42,387 nucleotides of DNA from Gammaproteobacteria bacterium (GCA_022825085.1 JAJDYQ010000055.1:1-42387), one strand, 5' to 3'. Counted from the stretch's first letter, positions 11,449-24,218 are shown. Program-made: numbers and translations. The notes: generated by a model not told the origin, from the sequence alone.

Positions 11449-12291
11449 TTATTCGATGATAACATAAAAATCATGAAATCCATGACTTATCAGATGTTCA
11501 ATCATATTATCGGCAAGTTCTACCGTCGTCAGGGGGCCGATACGTACCCGGTAGATCGGGGTTGAACCCGGACCGTCGTGACCTGCCGCTATAAAAACAT
11601 TTGTAATAGCATGTTGCGCGGCTTTACGGCGTAGTGACTCGGCGTTCTCTTTGGCACTGAAGGCACCAAGTTGCAGGTAGATTGGTATATCATCCGGCGG
11701 CAAAGCCGGTTCCGACAACCGGGCACCCTGCCCCTTATCTGATTTCCAGACGAGGGGATCAATGGCTCGAACTTCAACAAGTCCGGTGCCTTTTGTAGCA
11801 GTTCCCAGTTTTTGGGCGGCAGCATAGCTCAGGTCAATAATGCGCCCTTCACGAAAGGGGCCGCGATCATTGATGCGCACAACGATGGTTTTGCCAGTTT
11901 GCAGGTTTTCAACCTCGGCATAGGTGGGTATAGGCAGTGTCTTGTGGGCGGCTGTCATGGCATACATGTCGTAGATTTCTCCGCTGGATGTTTTACGACC
12001 ATGAAATTTTTTGCCGTACCAGGAGGCTATGCCTCGTTCCATGTAACCTTTGCTGCTTTGCAGGACATGGTAACGCCTGCCAAACACAGTATAGGATTGC
12101 GGGTTACCCCGCCTGCTTTTCGGCTCAAGCCGCGGAATGGCATCGGCTATGATAACGTTATCCGTATGACTGTCCGGCGGTCCATCATCAGAATAGTATT
12201 TTCCGGTCGCTGGCTTTGGGCTGCTTTTGCCACCACAGGCAGACAGTAATAAGAGAACGATCGCAGTAAGCGCCAGCCTGAATAGTAGCAT
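11449..12291 (-). CDS. rlpA: Septal ring lytic transglycosylase RlpA with SPOR domain
   Basis: Lipobox [27 protein letters not shown] and a C-terminal LQLGAF...YRVRIGP SPOR domain. Confidence 0.95.
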   Translation of the reverse strand: MLLFRLALTAIVLLLLSACGGKSSPKPATGKYYSDDGPPDSHTDNVIIADAIPRLEPKSRRGNPQSYTVFGRRYHVLQSSKGYMERGIASWYGKKFHGRKTSSGEIYDMYAMTAAHKTLPIPTYAEVENLQTGKTIVVRINDRGPFREGRIIDLSYAAAQKLGTATKGTGLVEVRAIDPLVWKSDKGQGARLSEPALPPDDIPIYLQLGAFSAKENAESLRRKAAQHAITNVFIAAGHDGPGSTPIYRVRIGPLTTVELADNMIEHLISHGFHDFYVIIE

Positions 12292-12295
12292 GGTT

Positions 12296-13264
12296 TCAGC
12301 TTCGCATACCTTGTTTAATACGCCGGCTTAGCTGGTAAACGGCCATGGCATAAAGATTACTGTGGTTGTAGCGTGTTATGACATAGAAATTACGCAGGCC
12401 CAGCCAGTATTCATATCCATCTTCAATTTTCAATTGTATGGGAGTGGCCAGCTCGGAAGATTTTACAGGCTGGGTCGGGAACAGGTTCTGGCTGGATAGT
12501 TCTCCTATTGAATACTGCGGCTTCATATCGTATTCGGCAAATTGCTTTCCCTTAAAACTTGCCATTACCGTAACAGATTCACCCGGACTCCAGCCATGAC
12601 GCTTGAGATAGTTTGCCACAGATCCAATGGCATCTTCGGTATTGTTAAGCAGGTCTCGTTTGTCATCACCATCAAAGTCAATCGCATAGTGGCGGTAGCT
12701 GCTGGATATGAACTGTGGTTTGCCCATCGCGCCGGCGTAGGAGCCTTTCAGTTCGAAAGGGTCAAACCCTTCTTCTCTGACCAGCAGCAGATAGTTTTCC
12801 AGTTCACTACGGAAAAATTCGCCCCGCCTGGGATAGTCGAAACCCAGTGTCACCAGTGTATCGAAGGCGGGATATTTGCCCTTGTATGCGCCGTAAAATG
12901 TTTCAACGCCGATGATCGCTGTGATGATTTCAGGCGGAACACCATATTCCTGCTCGGCTCGCTGCAGGGTTCGCCAGTGCTCTTGCATGAATTCAATGCC
13001 TTGTCTGGTTCGTTTGTCGGTAAGAAATATCTGTCGATATTTGTGCCAAGGCAGGCTCTCGGCCGGCTTTGCAATCGCTTCAAGTGTCCGGGTCTGTTTC
13101 TTTGCCTTGCCGAACCAGTCTGTTAGTTGCAGTTTGTCGAATTGATGTTTGCTGTACATCATATCCATGAATTGTTTCACATCGTCACGGGATTCGTATT
13201 CAGCAGCAACCTGCCCTGCGGTAAGAAAGGCAAGCAGTAAAGCAAATGTAAGACGTGTCAGCAT
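12296..13264 (-). CDS. mltB: Lytic murein transglycosylase B
   Basis: IIGVETFYG, GSYAGAMGKPQF and ITRYNHS motifs. The start is probably at 13264 rather than 13285. Confidence 0.95.
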   Translation of the reverse strand: MLTRLTFALLLAFLTAGQVAAEYESRDDVKQFMDMMYSKHQFDKLQLTDWFGKAKKQTRTLEAIAKPAESLPWHKYRQIFLTDKRTRQGIEFMQEHWRTLQRAEQEYGVPPEIITAIIGVETFYGAYKGKYPAFDTLVTLGFDYPRRGEFFRSELENYLLLVREEGFDPFELKGSYAGAMGKPQFISSSYRHYAIDFDGDDKRDLLNNTEDAIGSVANYLKRHGWSPGESVTVMASFKGKQFAEYDMKPQYSIGELSSQNLFPTQPVKSSELATPIQLKIEDGYEYWLGLRNFYVITRYNHSNLYAMAVYQLSRRIKQGMRS

Positions 13265-13271
13265 TCGATCC

Positions 13272-14372
13272 TCAAAAATCTTCATGTCGGAATATTTTCT
13301 TATGCGTTTGTATGGACATGATTATACCGAAACCAGCTAATAATGTGATGATGGATGTTCCTCCATAGCTGATAAGCGGCAAAGGCAATCCAACAATGGG
13401 TAGTATGCCACTGACCATGCCGATATTGACAAAGGCATAAATAAAAAAGGTCAGGCATAAGCTGCCTGCCAGCATTTTTGAGAAGCTGTCCTGACCGTGC
13501 GCAGCAATATATAGTCCCCTCCCTGTCAGTAACAGATAGACACTCAGAAGAATAACCAGTCCCATGAAACCAAATTCCTCGCCAATAACAGCAAAGATAA
13601 AGTCTGTATGTCGCTCAGGCAGAAATTCCAGTTGTGACTGAGTACCATTCAGCCAGCCCTTGCCGTAGGCACCACCGGAACCAATGGCAATTTTTGCCTG
13701 TATGCTGTGCCATCCGGCATTGAGCGGGTCACTTTCAGGATCAAGCAGCGTTATAACACGGCGTTTCTGGTATTCATGCAGCAGAAAATACCAGGCGGCA
13801 GGCAGGCTGGCGATACCGAGAATCAGTAAGCCAATCAGCATTTTCCAGCGTATTCCCGCCAGAAAAATCACGAAAAAACCGGAGGCGGCGATCAACAGCG
13901 CTGTACCCAGGTCAGGCTGTCGAATAATCAGGGTAAAGGGTACACCAATGAGAATCACGGCAAATATCAATCGGGGCCAGCCTGGCGGGAGTTCGTATTC
14001 CGAGAAAAATCTGGCCAGCATGAGAGGCAGGGCCAGCTTCATTATCTCGGAAGGCTGAAAACGAAATAAACCAAATATATCCAACCAGCGTTGCGCACCC
14101 TTGGCCTGAGTACCGTAGAAGATTACTCCAATCAGCAGGGCCAGGCCAACCGCATAAATCCAGGGTGTCCAGACTCTGAGCAGTTGTGGCGAAAGCTGGG
14201 CTATAATAAACATGACGATTAGCCCGGAAAACAGCCTTATGGATTGTTTGATAAGAATGTCGGTTTGCTGACCGCCGGCACTATACAGAACGATGAGGCT
14301 CAACACACAGAGTGCGGTAATACCCGCCAGTAATATGCCATCAAGGTGCAGCTTGTGCAGTAGTGCGACCAT
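13272..14372 (-). CDS. rodA: Rod shape-determining SEDS glycosyltransferase RodA
   Basis: GAQRW, QPSEIMK, QPDLGT, LPERHTDFIF and PLISYGG motifs; multiple TM segments. Confidence 0.97.
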   Translation of the reverse strand: MVALLHKLHLDGILLAGITALCVLSLIVLYSAGGQQTDILIKQSIRLFSGLIVMFIIAQLSPQLLRVWTPWIYAVGLALLIGVIFYGTQAKGAQRWLDIFGLFRFQPSEIMKLALPLMLARFFSEYELPPGWPRLIFAVILIGVPFTLIIRQPDLGTALLIAASGFFVIFLAGIRWKMLIGLLILGIASLPAAWYFLLHEYQKRRVITLLDPESDPLNAGWHSIQAKIAIGSGGAYGKGWLNGTQSQLEFLPERHTDFIFAVIGEEFGFMGLVILLSVYLLLTGRGLYIAAHGQDSFSKMLAGSLCLTFFIYAFVNIGMVSGILPIVGLPLPLISYGGTSIITLLAGFGIIMSIQTHKKIFRHEDF

Positions 14373-14374
14373 GA

Positions 14375-16276
14375 TTATTCTGCCGTGGAGATTGCAGCCT
14401 GAAAGGCAGGTTCACCCGGTTCAGTATCCGGTGCCAGCCATGCCTTGATGATCTTGCCTGCCACCGGCGCAGCAGATGAGCTGCCACTACCACCGTTTTC
14501 TACAATAACAGCAACCGCGATTTCCGGTTCTTCAACCGGGGCAAAAGCCACAAATAAACCATGGTCATGATATTTTTTGGCGATTTTGGTTTCGTCGTAT
14601 TTTTCATCCTGTTTGATACCGATGACTTGCGCCGTGCCGGTTTTACCGGCGATGGTATAGGGAATGTCTTTGCTTAAACGACGTGCGGTGCCAGTCGGTG
14701 AGTGAACCACATCCTGCATGGCCTGTATGATCTGATCCCAGTGCTCTTGCTCAACCTTGGGTATTTCATTGATCTGCTGCGGCCAGATACGGTTTTTTTC
14801 GCCACTGTGTATATCTTCAATTTCCTGAACAAGTCTGGGACGAACTCTGACACCACGGTTTGCCAGTGTCGCCGTTGCAGATGCAAGCTGCAAGGGAGTC
14901 ACCAAAGTAAAACCCTGACCGATGCCGGTAATCAGGGTCTCACCAGGATACCATGATTGCCCGTGTGTCCGACGTTTCCAGTCCCGCGACGGAAACAGAC
15001 CGGACGGTTCATTGCTCACATCAAGCAGATCAACACCGGTTTTTTCACCAAACCCGAACAGTGTCATGTAATCATGCAGGCGGTCAATTTTTAACGCCCT
15101 CGCCAACTGGTAATAAAATACATCACAGGATTCGGAAATTGACTTGTTCACATCGACCTTACCATGACCACGCTCCTTCCAGCAGCGATATCTATGGTTA
15201 TCACCGGGCAGTCTGTAATAGCCAGGGCAATTAACGCTGTGATCGTGTTCGACCACGCCGGTTTCAAGCCCCGCCAGAGCGACAAAGGGCTTTATGGTGG
15301 AACCCGGCGGGTAACGACCATGCAAGGCTCGATTGTAGAGTGGACGGCTTTCATTTTCGTTGTAGGCTCTGTAGCTTTCATGATCAATACCATGCACGAA
15401 CAGGTTGGGGTTGTAGCTCGGCTGACTGACAAAAACCAGAACTTCCCCGGTTTTCGGAATGAGTGCAACAACTGCACCGCTTTCCTCTCCCAGTGCCTGT
15501 TCAGCAATACGTTGCAGGTTCGAGTCCAGGGTCAGGTACAGGTTCTTGCCAGGCTGGGCAGCAACGCTTTCGAGCTTCCTCAATACCCTCCCCTGGGCAT
15601 TAATTTCAACTTGTTGCATCCCGACACTGCCGTGCAGTATATCTTCGTAATGTTTTTCAATACCGGATTTGCCAATGTAGTCGGTACCACGATAGTCAGA
15701 TTCGTCCAACTGACCAAGTTCCTGCTCACTGATGTGTCCGACATAACCAATGACATGGGACGCATGTTCTTTTTGAGGGTAATGGCGAATCAGGCGGGCC
15801 ACAATATCAATACCCGGCATAAGGTGCTGATTAACGGCAATTCTGGCAACTTCCTCACTCGTCATTTTTAAACGCAATGGAATACCCTCAAAGGAAGAGC
15901 GACGTTTTTTCAGCTTGAAAAAACGGGCACGGTCGCTATCGCTGATCTCAATAAGGCTGGCTATATCGTGCAGCGTTTTGTCTATATCTGTAACACGTTC
16001 GGGGGTGATTTCCAGACTGTAGGAAGGCTGACTTTCGGCCAGCAGTACCCCATTACGGTCGAATATCAGGCCACGGATGGGCGGGGTAGCAATCAGCTTG
16101 ACACGGTTTTCCTTGGACAGGGTTGCATAAACGTCATGGTGAATAATCTGTAGATACACCAGCCTGCCAACCAGTATCATCAGCAGGATGACAACAAGAA
16201 CAACTGCTTGAGTCATCCGCATGTGAAGTAAATGGCTCTCGCCTCGATAATCCTTTATCCGGTCTCCAAGAGGCAT
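14375..16276 (-). CDS. mrdA: Penicillin-binding protein 2
   Basis: GSTIK (SxxK), SCD and KTGTAQ motifs, with a TM anchor after MPLGDRIKD. The true start is 16276, not the ORF-track 16921. Confidence 0.96.
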   Translation of the reverse strand: MPLGDRIKDYRGESHLLHMRMTQAVVLVVILLMILVGRLVYLQIIHHDVYATLSKENRVKLIATPPIRGLIFDRNGVLLAESQPSYSLEITPERVTDIDKTLHDIASLIEISDSDRARFFKLKKRRSSFEGIPLRLKMTSEEVARIAVNQHLMPGIDIVARLIRHYPQKEHASHVIGYVGHISEQELGQLDESDYRGTDYIGKSGIEKHYEDILHGSVGMQQVEINAQGRVLRKLESVAAQPGKNLYLTLDSNLQRIAEQALGEESGAVVALIPKTGEVLVFVSQPSYNPNLFVHGIDHESYRAYNENESRPLYNRALHGRYPPGSTIKPFVALAGLETGVVEHDHSVNCPGYYRLPGDNHRYRCWKERGHGKVDVNKSISESCDVFYYQLARALKIDRLHDYMTLFGFGEKTGVDLLDVSNEPSGLFPSRDWKRRTHGQSWYPGETLITGIGQGFTLVTPLQLASATATLANRGVRVRPRLVQEIEDIHSGEKNRIWPQQINEIPKVEQEHWDQIIQAMQDVVHSPTGTARRLSKDIPYTIAGKTGTAQVIGIKQDEKYDETKIAKKYHDHGLFVAFAPVEEPEIAVAVIVENGGSGSSSAAPVAGKIIKAWLAPDTEPGEPAFQAAISTAE

Positions 16277-16281
16277 GGCAG

Positions 16282-16770
16282 CTACCTGACGTTGTAACGC
16301 CTGCGGATACCCCGTAATACCAGTAACAGCCAGGGCCAGAGCAAGGCACCTGTCAAAGAAGGCAGCCAGTATGACCAGGTAATGCTGACCGTAGAGGTCA
16401 TATCGTATATCCACAGCAACAATGCCTGATAAATGATCAGGGTGAAGCCGATAACGACTGATTGTTGCCGGAAAGGATACATTCTGAGACGAAGGTGCAG
16501 GTGCTGCACGATAAAGACAATCACTACCAGGGCCAAGGCATGTTGTCCGAGTAGCGTCCCTTTCAATACATCCAGAGAAACACCCAGTATCCAGGCAATG
16601 CTGACACCAATACGCTGGGGTAATGCCATAACCCAGTATAATAATACCAGTGCCACCCAGTCCGGCCGATAATCGGCAACGACTTCCGGCAGTGGCAGGA
16701 CTGTAAGCATCAGGGCAATCGCAAAGGTGATGAGTATCACATGAGACGCATTGGCCTGTTCCTGAATCAT
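16282..16770 (-). CDS. mreD: Rod shape-determining protein MreD
   Basis: RPDWVALVLLYW and LLGQHALAL motifs; hydrophobic; lies between mreC and mrdA. Confidence 0.95.
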   Translation of the reverse strand: MIQEQANASHVILITFAIALMLTVLPLPEVVADYRPDWVALVLLYWVMALPQRIGVSIAWILGVSLDVLKGTLLGQHALALVVIVFIVQHLHLRLRMYPFRQQSVVIGFTLIIYQALLLWIYDMTSTVSITWSYWLPSLTGALLWPWLLLVLRGIRRRYNVR

Positions 16771-17651
16771 TGTTGCAGCTCCTGTACGGAATCCGGTGAC
16801 ACTTCGGTATCTTTATCTCTTGCCTGTTCATCGGATGCGGGCCAGACCAGCAGTACTTCCCGATGCCGGTCAAGGTTTGCAGTCGGTGTGGCATAGACAT
16901 TGGAAAACGACGCCGCATCATCCTGCTCTACCCGGCTGATTTCGGCTACCGGATAACCATAGGGAAATCTGCTGCCCAGCCCCGAAGCAATCAGGCGATC
17001 CCCAACTCTGACATCAGCATTAGTCGTCAGATAAGGCAGCCTGAGCTGATAATCTTCCTGACTGCCAACCGCAATGGACTGGATACCGTTGCGTTCAATC
17101 TGTACCGGAATAGAGTGGTCGGGGCTTGTAATGAGCATGACCGTCGAGGCATAGCGGCTGGTATGGATAATCTGACCAACAATCCCATAGGCGTTGATAA
17201 TAGTCTGGCCGATGAAAGTCTGGTCTGCTGTGCCCTTGTTAATCACAATCTGCCTTTTCAGAAGATCCGCTTCAACATGCAGCACTTCGGCAACCAGCAC
17301 CCGGTCAGCTAACCGGACCGGTGAATCCAGTAGTTGCCTGAGTCGCATGTTTTCTGCTTCAAGCGCCGTGTATTTGATACTGCGGGCACGCAGCTCTACC
17401 ACTTCCTTCCTGAATTTTTTGTTTTCCTGCAGAAGTGTTTTATAGGAGGTGAAGTTATCACTGATCCATCGAAATCCCTTCAACGGCAAGTCAACAGTAT
17501 ATTGTATGGGGGACAATACCAAAGCGATATCACTGCGTAATTTCTCCAGTTGCGCAAAACGATGATCCAGTGTCATCAGGGCCATTGACAGAATGACGCC
17601 TGCGACCAGACGTGTAAAACTGGATGGCCCCTTGAGAAAAATCGGGTTAAT
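16767..17651 (-). CDS. mreC: Rod shape-determining protein MreC (probable ATT start)
   Basis: ENMRLRQLL coiled coil and SGLGSRFPYGYPVA. The conserved N-terminus (I)NPIFLKGPS begins at ATT 17651; the first in-frame ATG is at 17585. Confidence 0.93.
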   Translation of the reverse strand: MNPIFLKGPSSFTRLVAGVILSMALMTLDHRFAQLEKLRSDIALVLSPIQYTVDLPLKGFRWISDNFTSYKTLLQENKKFRKEVVELRARSIKYTALEAENMRLRQLLDSPVRLADRVLVAEVLHVEADLLKRQIVINKGTADQTFIGQTIINAYGIVGQIIHTSRYASTVMLITSPDHSIPVQIERNGIQSIAVGSQEDYQLRLPYLTTNADVRVGDRLIASGLGSRFPYGYPVAEISRVEQDDAASFSNVYATPTANLDRHREVLLVWPASDEQARDKDTEVSPDSVQELQQ

Positions 17652-17733
17652 GGTTGTTTCCCTTTATTAACTTGCTCATGCGGGATTCTGCCATGAAAAG
17701 GCCGGTCACCACCTGACGACCGCCAATCTGATG

Positions 17734-18810
<1,077 letters not shown>

Positions 18811-18952
18811 TCAAGCTGCATATCTTAACAGCCTGCTCATATCGGAAGCAACTAACACCACCTGCCTTTTTGCATCCATTACCCTGCCAGAAGTATTAAA
18901 CTATGGTACCGTTCGCACAGTTCTTTACTGTGATTTATCGAGGAAATCCAAA

Positions 18953-19240
18953 TTGGTTTTGAATGACGAAGATGTTCGTAACATCGCCCGGCTTGCTCGG
19001 CTACAGATAGATGAGGCCGATATCCCCCTCTATACGACAGAGCTGTCGCGGGTATTTGATCTGGTAGAACAGCTGGATGAGGTTAATATCCGCGATATCA
19101 TACCGATGGCGCATCCGGCCGACGCAGTGCAGCGTTTGCGCACCGATGAGGTAACAGAACAGAACCAGCGGGAGAAATTTCAGAAGCTCGCTCCTATGGC
19201 GGAGTCCGGCTTGTATCTGGTACCAAAGGTGATTGAATGA
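18953..19240 (+). CDS. gatC: Asp/Glu-tRNA amidotransferase subunit C
   Basis: IARLARL...[12 protein letters not shown] start at 18953 with a GAGGA RBS; ATGA overlap with gatA. Confidence 0.93.
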   Translation: MVLNDEDVRNIARLARLQIDEADIPLYTTELSRVFDLVEQLDEVNIRDIIPMAHPADAVQRLRTDEVTEQNQREKFQKLAPMAESGLYLVPKVIE

Positions 19241-20715
19241 CCGAGCAATACAGTGAAACAATAGCCGGTTTATCGAAAGATCTGCGGGACAAGAAGTACT
19301 CTGCAGTGGAGTTGACGCAGTATTTCCTGAGACGTATTGCTTCTTCAAACAAAATTCTGAATGCCATTATTACGACCACTCAGGAGCAGGCTCTTGCGGC
19401 CGCGAATGAGGCTGATCAACATATTGCTGCCGGTGACACCAACCCGCTAACAGGTATCCCGCTGCTGCATAAGGATATTTTTTGTACCGATGGCATACGC
19501 ACTTCCTGCGGTTCAAGAATGCTGGATAATTTTATCGCACCATACGACGCAACAGTTGTGGCAAAACTGCATGGAGCCGGTGCCGTGATGCTGGGCAAGA
19601 CCAATATGGATGAGTTCGCTATGGGCTCCTCCAATGAGAACAGTTATTATGGTCCGGTAAGAAACCCCTGGGATATCGAACGGGTGCCCGGCGGTTCCTC
19701 TGGCGGTTCCGCAGCCGCCGTGGCCGCACGGCTTGCACCCGCTGCAACCGGCAGCGACACCGGCGGTTCTATCCGTCAACCCGCGGCTCTATGCGGTGTA
19801 ACCGGCCTGAAACCAACCTATGGCCGGGTTTCGCGCTACGGCATGGTTGCTTTTGCCTCCAGCCTGGATCAAGCCGGTACCCTTACCACTGATGCACGGG
19901 ATGCGGCCCTGATGCTGAATGTCATGGCCGGACCTGATCACCGTGACTCTACCAGTATCGATCACCCTGTTCCCGACTATAGCGCGACACTGGACGACGA
20001 TATCAGCGGGCTGAGGATCGGCATTCCAAAAGAGTCCTTTGACGAAGAACTGGATGACAGTATCGCCACACAGGTCAATGCGGCAATTAAACAATTGGAA
20101 GCGCGAGGGGCGTCTGTTAAAGAAATTACCCTGCCCAATATGAAGAAAGCAGCGGTTGCTGCTTATTATGTGGTTGCTTCAGCCGAGTGTTCTTCAAATC
20201 TGTCGCGCATGGACGGTGTCCGGTTTGGTTATCGTTGCGAGCATCCGAAAGATCTGGCGGATATGTATGCCCGCTCACGGGGTGAGGCTTTTAGCCGTGA
20301 GGTGAAACGCCGTATTATGATAGGCACCTATACTTTATCAGCCGGCTTTTACGACGCCTATTACCTTAAAGCGCAGAAAGTGCGCCGCGTTATCGCGGAG
20401 GACTTCAGACGGGCATTTAGCGATATTGATGTGATTGCCGGCCCAACAACTCCAGAAACCGCCTTTAAACTGAAAGATAAAACCGATGACCCAATCAGGA
20501 TGTATCTATCTGATATCTATACCATTGCCGTCAATCTGGCTGGCCTGCCCGGCATATCAATACCTTGCGGCTTTAGTCAGGGGCTTCCGATCGGATTACA
20601 TCTCATCGGCAATATGTTTGATGAAGCGCGCTTGCTGAATGTCGCCCATCAGTATCAGCAGGATACTGACTGGCATCGCCAAATTCCCGAACAGATTCAG
20701 CCGGGAGATTCATAA
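19237..20715 (+). CDS. gatA: Asp/Glu-tRNA amidotransferase subunit A
   Basis: [20 protein letters not shown] and [11 protein letters not shown] amidase signature. Confidence 0.98.
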   Translation: MTEQYSETIAGLSKDLRDKKYSAVELTQYFLRRIASSNKILNAIITTTQEQALAAANEADQHIAAGDTNPLTGIPLLHKDIFCTDGIRTSCGSRMLDNFIAPYDATVVAKLHGAGAVMLGKTNMDEFAMGSSNENSYYGPVRNPWDIERVPGGSSGGSAAAVAARLAPAATGSDTGGSIRQPAALCGVTGLKPTYGRVSRYGMVAFASSLDQAGTLTTDARDAALMLNVMAGPDHRDSTSIDHPVPDYSATLDDDISGLRIGIPKESFDEELDDSIATQVNAAIKQLEARGASVKEITLPNMKKAAVAAYYVVASAECSSNLSRMDGVRFGYRCEHPKDLADMYARSRGEAFSREVKRRIMIGTYTLSAGFYDAYYLKAQKVRRVIAEDFRRAFSDIDVIAGPTTPETAFKLKDKTDDPIRMYLSDIYTIAVNLAGLPGISIPCGFSQGLPIGLHLIGNMFDEARLLNVAHQYQQDTDWHRQIPEQIQPGDS

Positions 20716-22151
20716 TGCAATGGGAAACCGTGATCGGCCTGGAGATCCATGTCCGTCTCTCCACTCGAAGCAAGATATTTTCCGGTGCCTCCACAGCCTA
20801 TGGCACCGAACCCAATACACAGGCCTGTGCAGTTGACCTGGGGCTACCTGGTGTTTTGCCCGTAGCCAATGAGGCCGTCTTTCGCAAGGCAGTAAAGTTT
20901 GGCCTGGGTATTCACGCAGAAATCAGCAAGCGCTCGGTATTTGACCGGAAAAATTATTTCTATCCCGACTTGCCCAAGGGATACCAGATATCCCAGCTTT
21001 ATCTGCCCATCGTTGGCAGAGGCAAGCTGGAAATTAGTCTGAATAATGGAGAGGAGAGCAAGATCATTGGCATTACCCGCGCACATCTGGAAGAGGATGC
21101 CGGAAAGTCTCTGCATGAGGAATTCAGGAGCATGTCCGGTATTGATCTAAACCGGGCGGGTACGCCACTGTTGGAAATCGTTTCCGAACCGGATATGCGT
21201 TCAGCCGAGGAGGCCTCGGCCTATATGAGGGCCATACACACTCTGGTTCGCTATCTGGAGATATCCGATGGCAATATGCAGGAAGGTTCCTTTCGATGTG
21301 ATGCAAATGTTTCCGTGCGTCCAAAGGGACAGGTTCAGTTCGGCACACGTACCGAAATTAAAAACCTGAACTCGTTTCGCTTTATGGAGCGTGCCATCAA
21401 TCATGAGGTGGGGCGGCAGATCGATATTCTGGAAAACGGCAGTGAGGTCATTCAGGAAACGCGCCTGTATGACAGCGATAAGGACGAAACCCGATCCATG
21501 CGTTCCAAGGAAGATGCCAATGATTATCGCTATTTTCCCGATCCGGATTTGCTACCGGTTATCATTGATGATGATTATATAGAAGCCGTGCGGCACACCA
21601 TGCCCGAATTACCGAATGAAAAACGCCGCCGCTTTATGCAGGAGCTTGGACTGAGCCGGTATGATGCCACTATGCTGACCGGCAGCAAGGAAATGGCCAA
21701 GTATTATGAGGAGGTGCTGGCCGAGACCAGACAGGCCCGGTTAAGTGCCAATTGGGTCATCGTCGAATTGATCAGCGCCCTGAACAGGGAAAAACTCGAC
21801 ATCAGCCAAAGCCCCATCGATGCAAAAAGGCTGGGCGGTATCATCAAGCGTATTGCTGACAATACTATCTCGGGCAAAATCGCAAAACAGATTTTTGAGC
21901 AAATGTTGACCAGTAAAGAGGATGCCGACTCGATTATTGAGGCGAAAGGACTCCGACAAATTACCGATACCGGAGCACTCGAGAGCATGGTTGATAATAT
22001 ACTGGCAGGCAACCCTAAACAGGTTGAGCAATATCGGGCCGGGCAAAAAAAAGTGCTGGGTTATTTTGTGGGGCAGGTCATGAAGGCTTCACAAGGCAAG
22101 GCCGATCCGCAGCAGGTCAACAGGATACTACGCGCCAGACTGGAGAACTGA
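20715..22151 (+). CDS. gatB: Asp/Glu-tRNA amidotransferase subunit B
   Basis: [23 protein letters not shown] and [10 protein letters not shown] motifs. Confidence 0.98.
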   Translation: MQWETVIGLEIHVRLSTRSKIFSGASTAYGTEPNTQACAVDLGLPGVLPVANEAVFRKAVKFGLGIHAEISKRSVFDRKNYFYPDLPKGYQISQLYLPIVGRGKLEISLNNGEESKIIGITRAHLEEDAGKSLHEEFRSMSGIDLNRAGTPLLEIVSEPDMRSAEEASAYMRAIHTLVRYLEISDGNMQEGSFRCDANVSVRPKGQVQFGTRTEIKNLNSFRFMERAINHEVGRQIDILENGSEVIQETRLYDSDKDETRSMRSKEDANDYRYFPDPDLLPVIIDDDYIEAVRHTMPELPNEKRRRFMQELGLSRYDATMLTGSKEMAKYYEEVLAETRQARLSANWVIVELISALNREKLDISQSPIDAKRLGGIIKRIADNTISGKIAKQIFEQMLTSKEDADSIIEAKGLRQITDTGALESMVDNILAGNPKQVEQYRAGQKKVLGYFVGQVMKASQGKADPQQVNRILRARLEN

Positions 22152-22214
22152 ACTGCATTGCCTGATTCGGACGGGACAGCGTTCTGATGGCCTTTGTCTG
22201 GCCGGGATTAGGGA

Positions 22215-22841
22215 TTAAATCCGGTAGGCCGTTGTCGTCATAACTCCGGATATCAGCTTCATGGCTCTTTTAATCGTCTCCGGCAGAGGCTTGCCACCCG
22301 CATGTATGGCATTATCAGCATGCTGGACTTCTTCCTCTCTGATTTTTTGCAGTATCACCCGGCTGCGCTCATCCTGCCGCGGTAGTTCTTGCAGATGTTT
22401 ATCCAGATGGGACTTCACCTGACGCTCGGTTTCCACAACAAATCCCAGATTCCAACCATTCCCGGCTGCTCCGGCAGCAGCACCAATAACAAAGGAACCA
22501 GCGTACCACAGTGGATTCAGCATGCTGGTATGGCTTTCCAGTTCATCAAGACGCCGCTTGCACCAGTTCAGGTGATCCGCCTCTTCGGCGGCGGCGTGCA
22601 GCATGTACCGGCGTATATGATTGTCTTTCGCAGCAAAAGCCTGTCCATGGTAAAGAGCCTGTGCACAGATCTCGCCTGTGTGGTCAACGCGCATCAGGCC
22701 GGCAGCATGACGACGCTCGCTATCCGATAGTTCGGCCTGGCTAATACCAGCAGCCGGATCAGGACGCCCGTGATGGTGGATCCCATGTAAGGTACGCACC
22801 GCATTATCAAGGGTAATAATCAGATGATCGATGTGTGGCAT
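22215..22841 (-). CDS. coq7: Demethoxyubiquinone hydroxylase (di-iron)
   Basis: MRVDHTGEICAQALY, EEADHL, ETERQVKSHL and EEVQHA di-iron motifs. Confidence 0.95.
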   Translation of the reverse strand: MPHIDHLIITLDNAVRTLHGIHHHGRPDPAAGISQAELSDSERRHAAGLMRVDHTGEICAQALYHGQAFAAKDNHIRRYMLHAAAEEADHLNWCKRRLDELESHTSMLNPLWYAGSFVIGAAAGAAGNGWNLGFVVETERQVKSHLDKHLQELPRQDERSRVILQKIREEEVQHADNAIHAGGKPLPETIKRAMKLISGVMTTTAYRI

Positions 22842-22850
22842 AGCTTGTCT

Positions 22851-24218
22851 CTACTGTAGTTCCAAAGCGGCCTTAACCTCGGCAGGTTCGAACATACGCA
22901 CCAGCATGGCCATATCACCGACCGGTCGGGGAAGTTTAATACGAACCTGCCATCCACTGCCCGGTGCCACATCAATCGACTCACCTGCCAGTGTCTGCAT
23001 GGCCTCCACTGTGAATCTTTCGTTACCCTGCGGGGTGATGAGCTCCAGTTCATCACCGACTGTGATCCTGTTTTTGATCTCCAGATCGGCCTCACCCGAA
23101 TCGATATGGTAGTGTATGACATCAGCCACAAACAGGGAGCGGGTTGCCTTTGATGCGCCTTGACGGTAATTTTGCAGCTCTTGTGATTCATGCCGCTCAA
23201 GGAAACCATCGGTGTAACCACGCTGTGCGAGGCTTTCCAGTTCCGCCATCAGGGCGGGGTCGAATGACCGACCGGCTGCGACATCATCAATGGCCCGCCG
23301 ATAAACCTGAGTGGTGCGCGCAGTGTAATAGTAAGACTTGGTACGGCCTTCTATCTTCAAACAGTCAACACCTATCTGTGCCAACCGGTGAACATGTTCC
23401 ACAGCACGCAGGTCCCTGGAGTTCATGATGTAGGTACCATGCTCATCTTCGAAGATCGGCATGAATTCGCCGGGACGATTTTGCTCTTCTAAATAATATA
23501 CTTCGTCCGCCAGAGGATGGCGCCTCGTTTCTCCTGCCATGGACACGCCATCCGCCAATCTGTTGATTTCCGATATATCAATAGTGCGATCAGCCTGTGA
23601 ATCCGAACCGACCCGGTACTGCCAGCGGCAGGCATTGGTACAGGTGCCCTGATTGGCATCACGGTGATTGAAGTAACCGGATAGCAGGCACCGACCGGAA
23701 TAGGCCATGCAAAGGGCACCATGCACAAAGACTTCGATCTCCATATCCGGGCAAGCATCCCGAATGTCGGCAATTTCCTTGAGTGACAATTCCCTCGATA
23801 GTATGACCCGGCTCAGACCAACGGATTGCCAGAACTTCACTCCGGCTGCATTAACTGTATTGGCCTGGACTGAGAGATGGACAGGCATATCCGGCCATTT
23901 TTCTCTGACCAGCATGATCAAACCAGGGTCTGCCATGATAAGGGCATCAGGTCCCATTTCGATAACTGGTTCAATATCGTCGAGAAATGTCTTCAACTTG
24001 GAACCATGCGGCATAATATTGGCAGCCACAAATATCTGCTTACCCTGCTCATGTGCCTCCCGGATACCGATACGCAGGTTTTCCGGCAGAAAATTGTTTT
24101 CACGCACACGCAAGCTATAACGTGGCAGGCCAGCATAAACCGCGTCGGCACCATAGGCAAAGGCATAACGCATATTTTTCAGCGTGCCGGCAGGTGACAG
24201 TAATTCAGGTAGCTTCAT
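22851..24218 (-). CDS. trhP: tRNA uridine-34 hydroxylase, U32 family (YegQ)
   Basis: PELLSPAG, GADAVYAG, HGALCMAYSGRC...CTNACRW Fe-S cysteines and KIEGRTKS. Confidence 0.92.
   Translation of the reverse strand: MKLPELLSPAGTLKNMRYAFAYGADAVYAGLPRYSLRVRENNFLPENLRIGIREAHEQGKQIFVAANIMPHGSKLKTFLDDIEPVIEMGPDALIMADPGLIMLVREKWPDMPVHLSVQANTVNAAGVKFWQSVGLSRVILSRELSLKEIADIRDACPDMEIEVFVHGALCMAYSGRCLLSGYFNHRDANQGTCTNACRWQYRVGSDSQADRTIDISEINRLADGVSMAGETRRHPLADEVYYLEEQNRPGEFMPIFEDEHGTYIMNSRDLRAVEHVHRLAQIGVDCLKIEGRTKSYYYTARTTQVYRRAIDDVAAGRSFDPALMAELESLAQRGYTDGFLERHESQELQNYRQGASKATRSLFVADVIHYHIDSGEADLEIKNRITVGDELELITPQGNERFTVEAMQTLAGESIDVAPGSGWQVRIKLPRPVGDMAMLVRMFEPAEVKAALELQ

Noticed and set aside
16277-16921. 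215-codon extension making an 848-aa PBP2
   Set aside because: It overlaps mreD and the end of mreC, which are clearly real. PBP2 similarity and the TM anchor begin after 16276.
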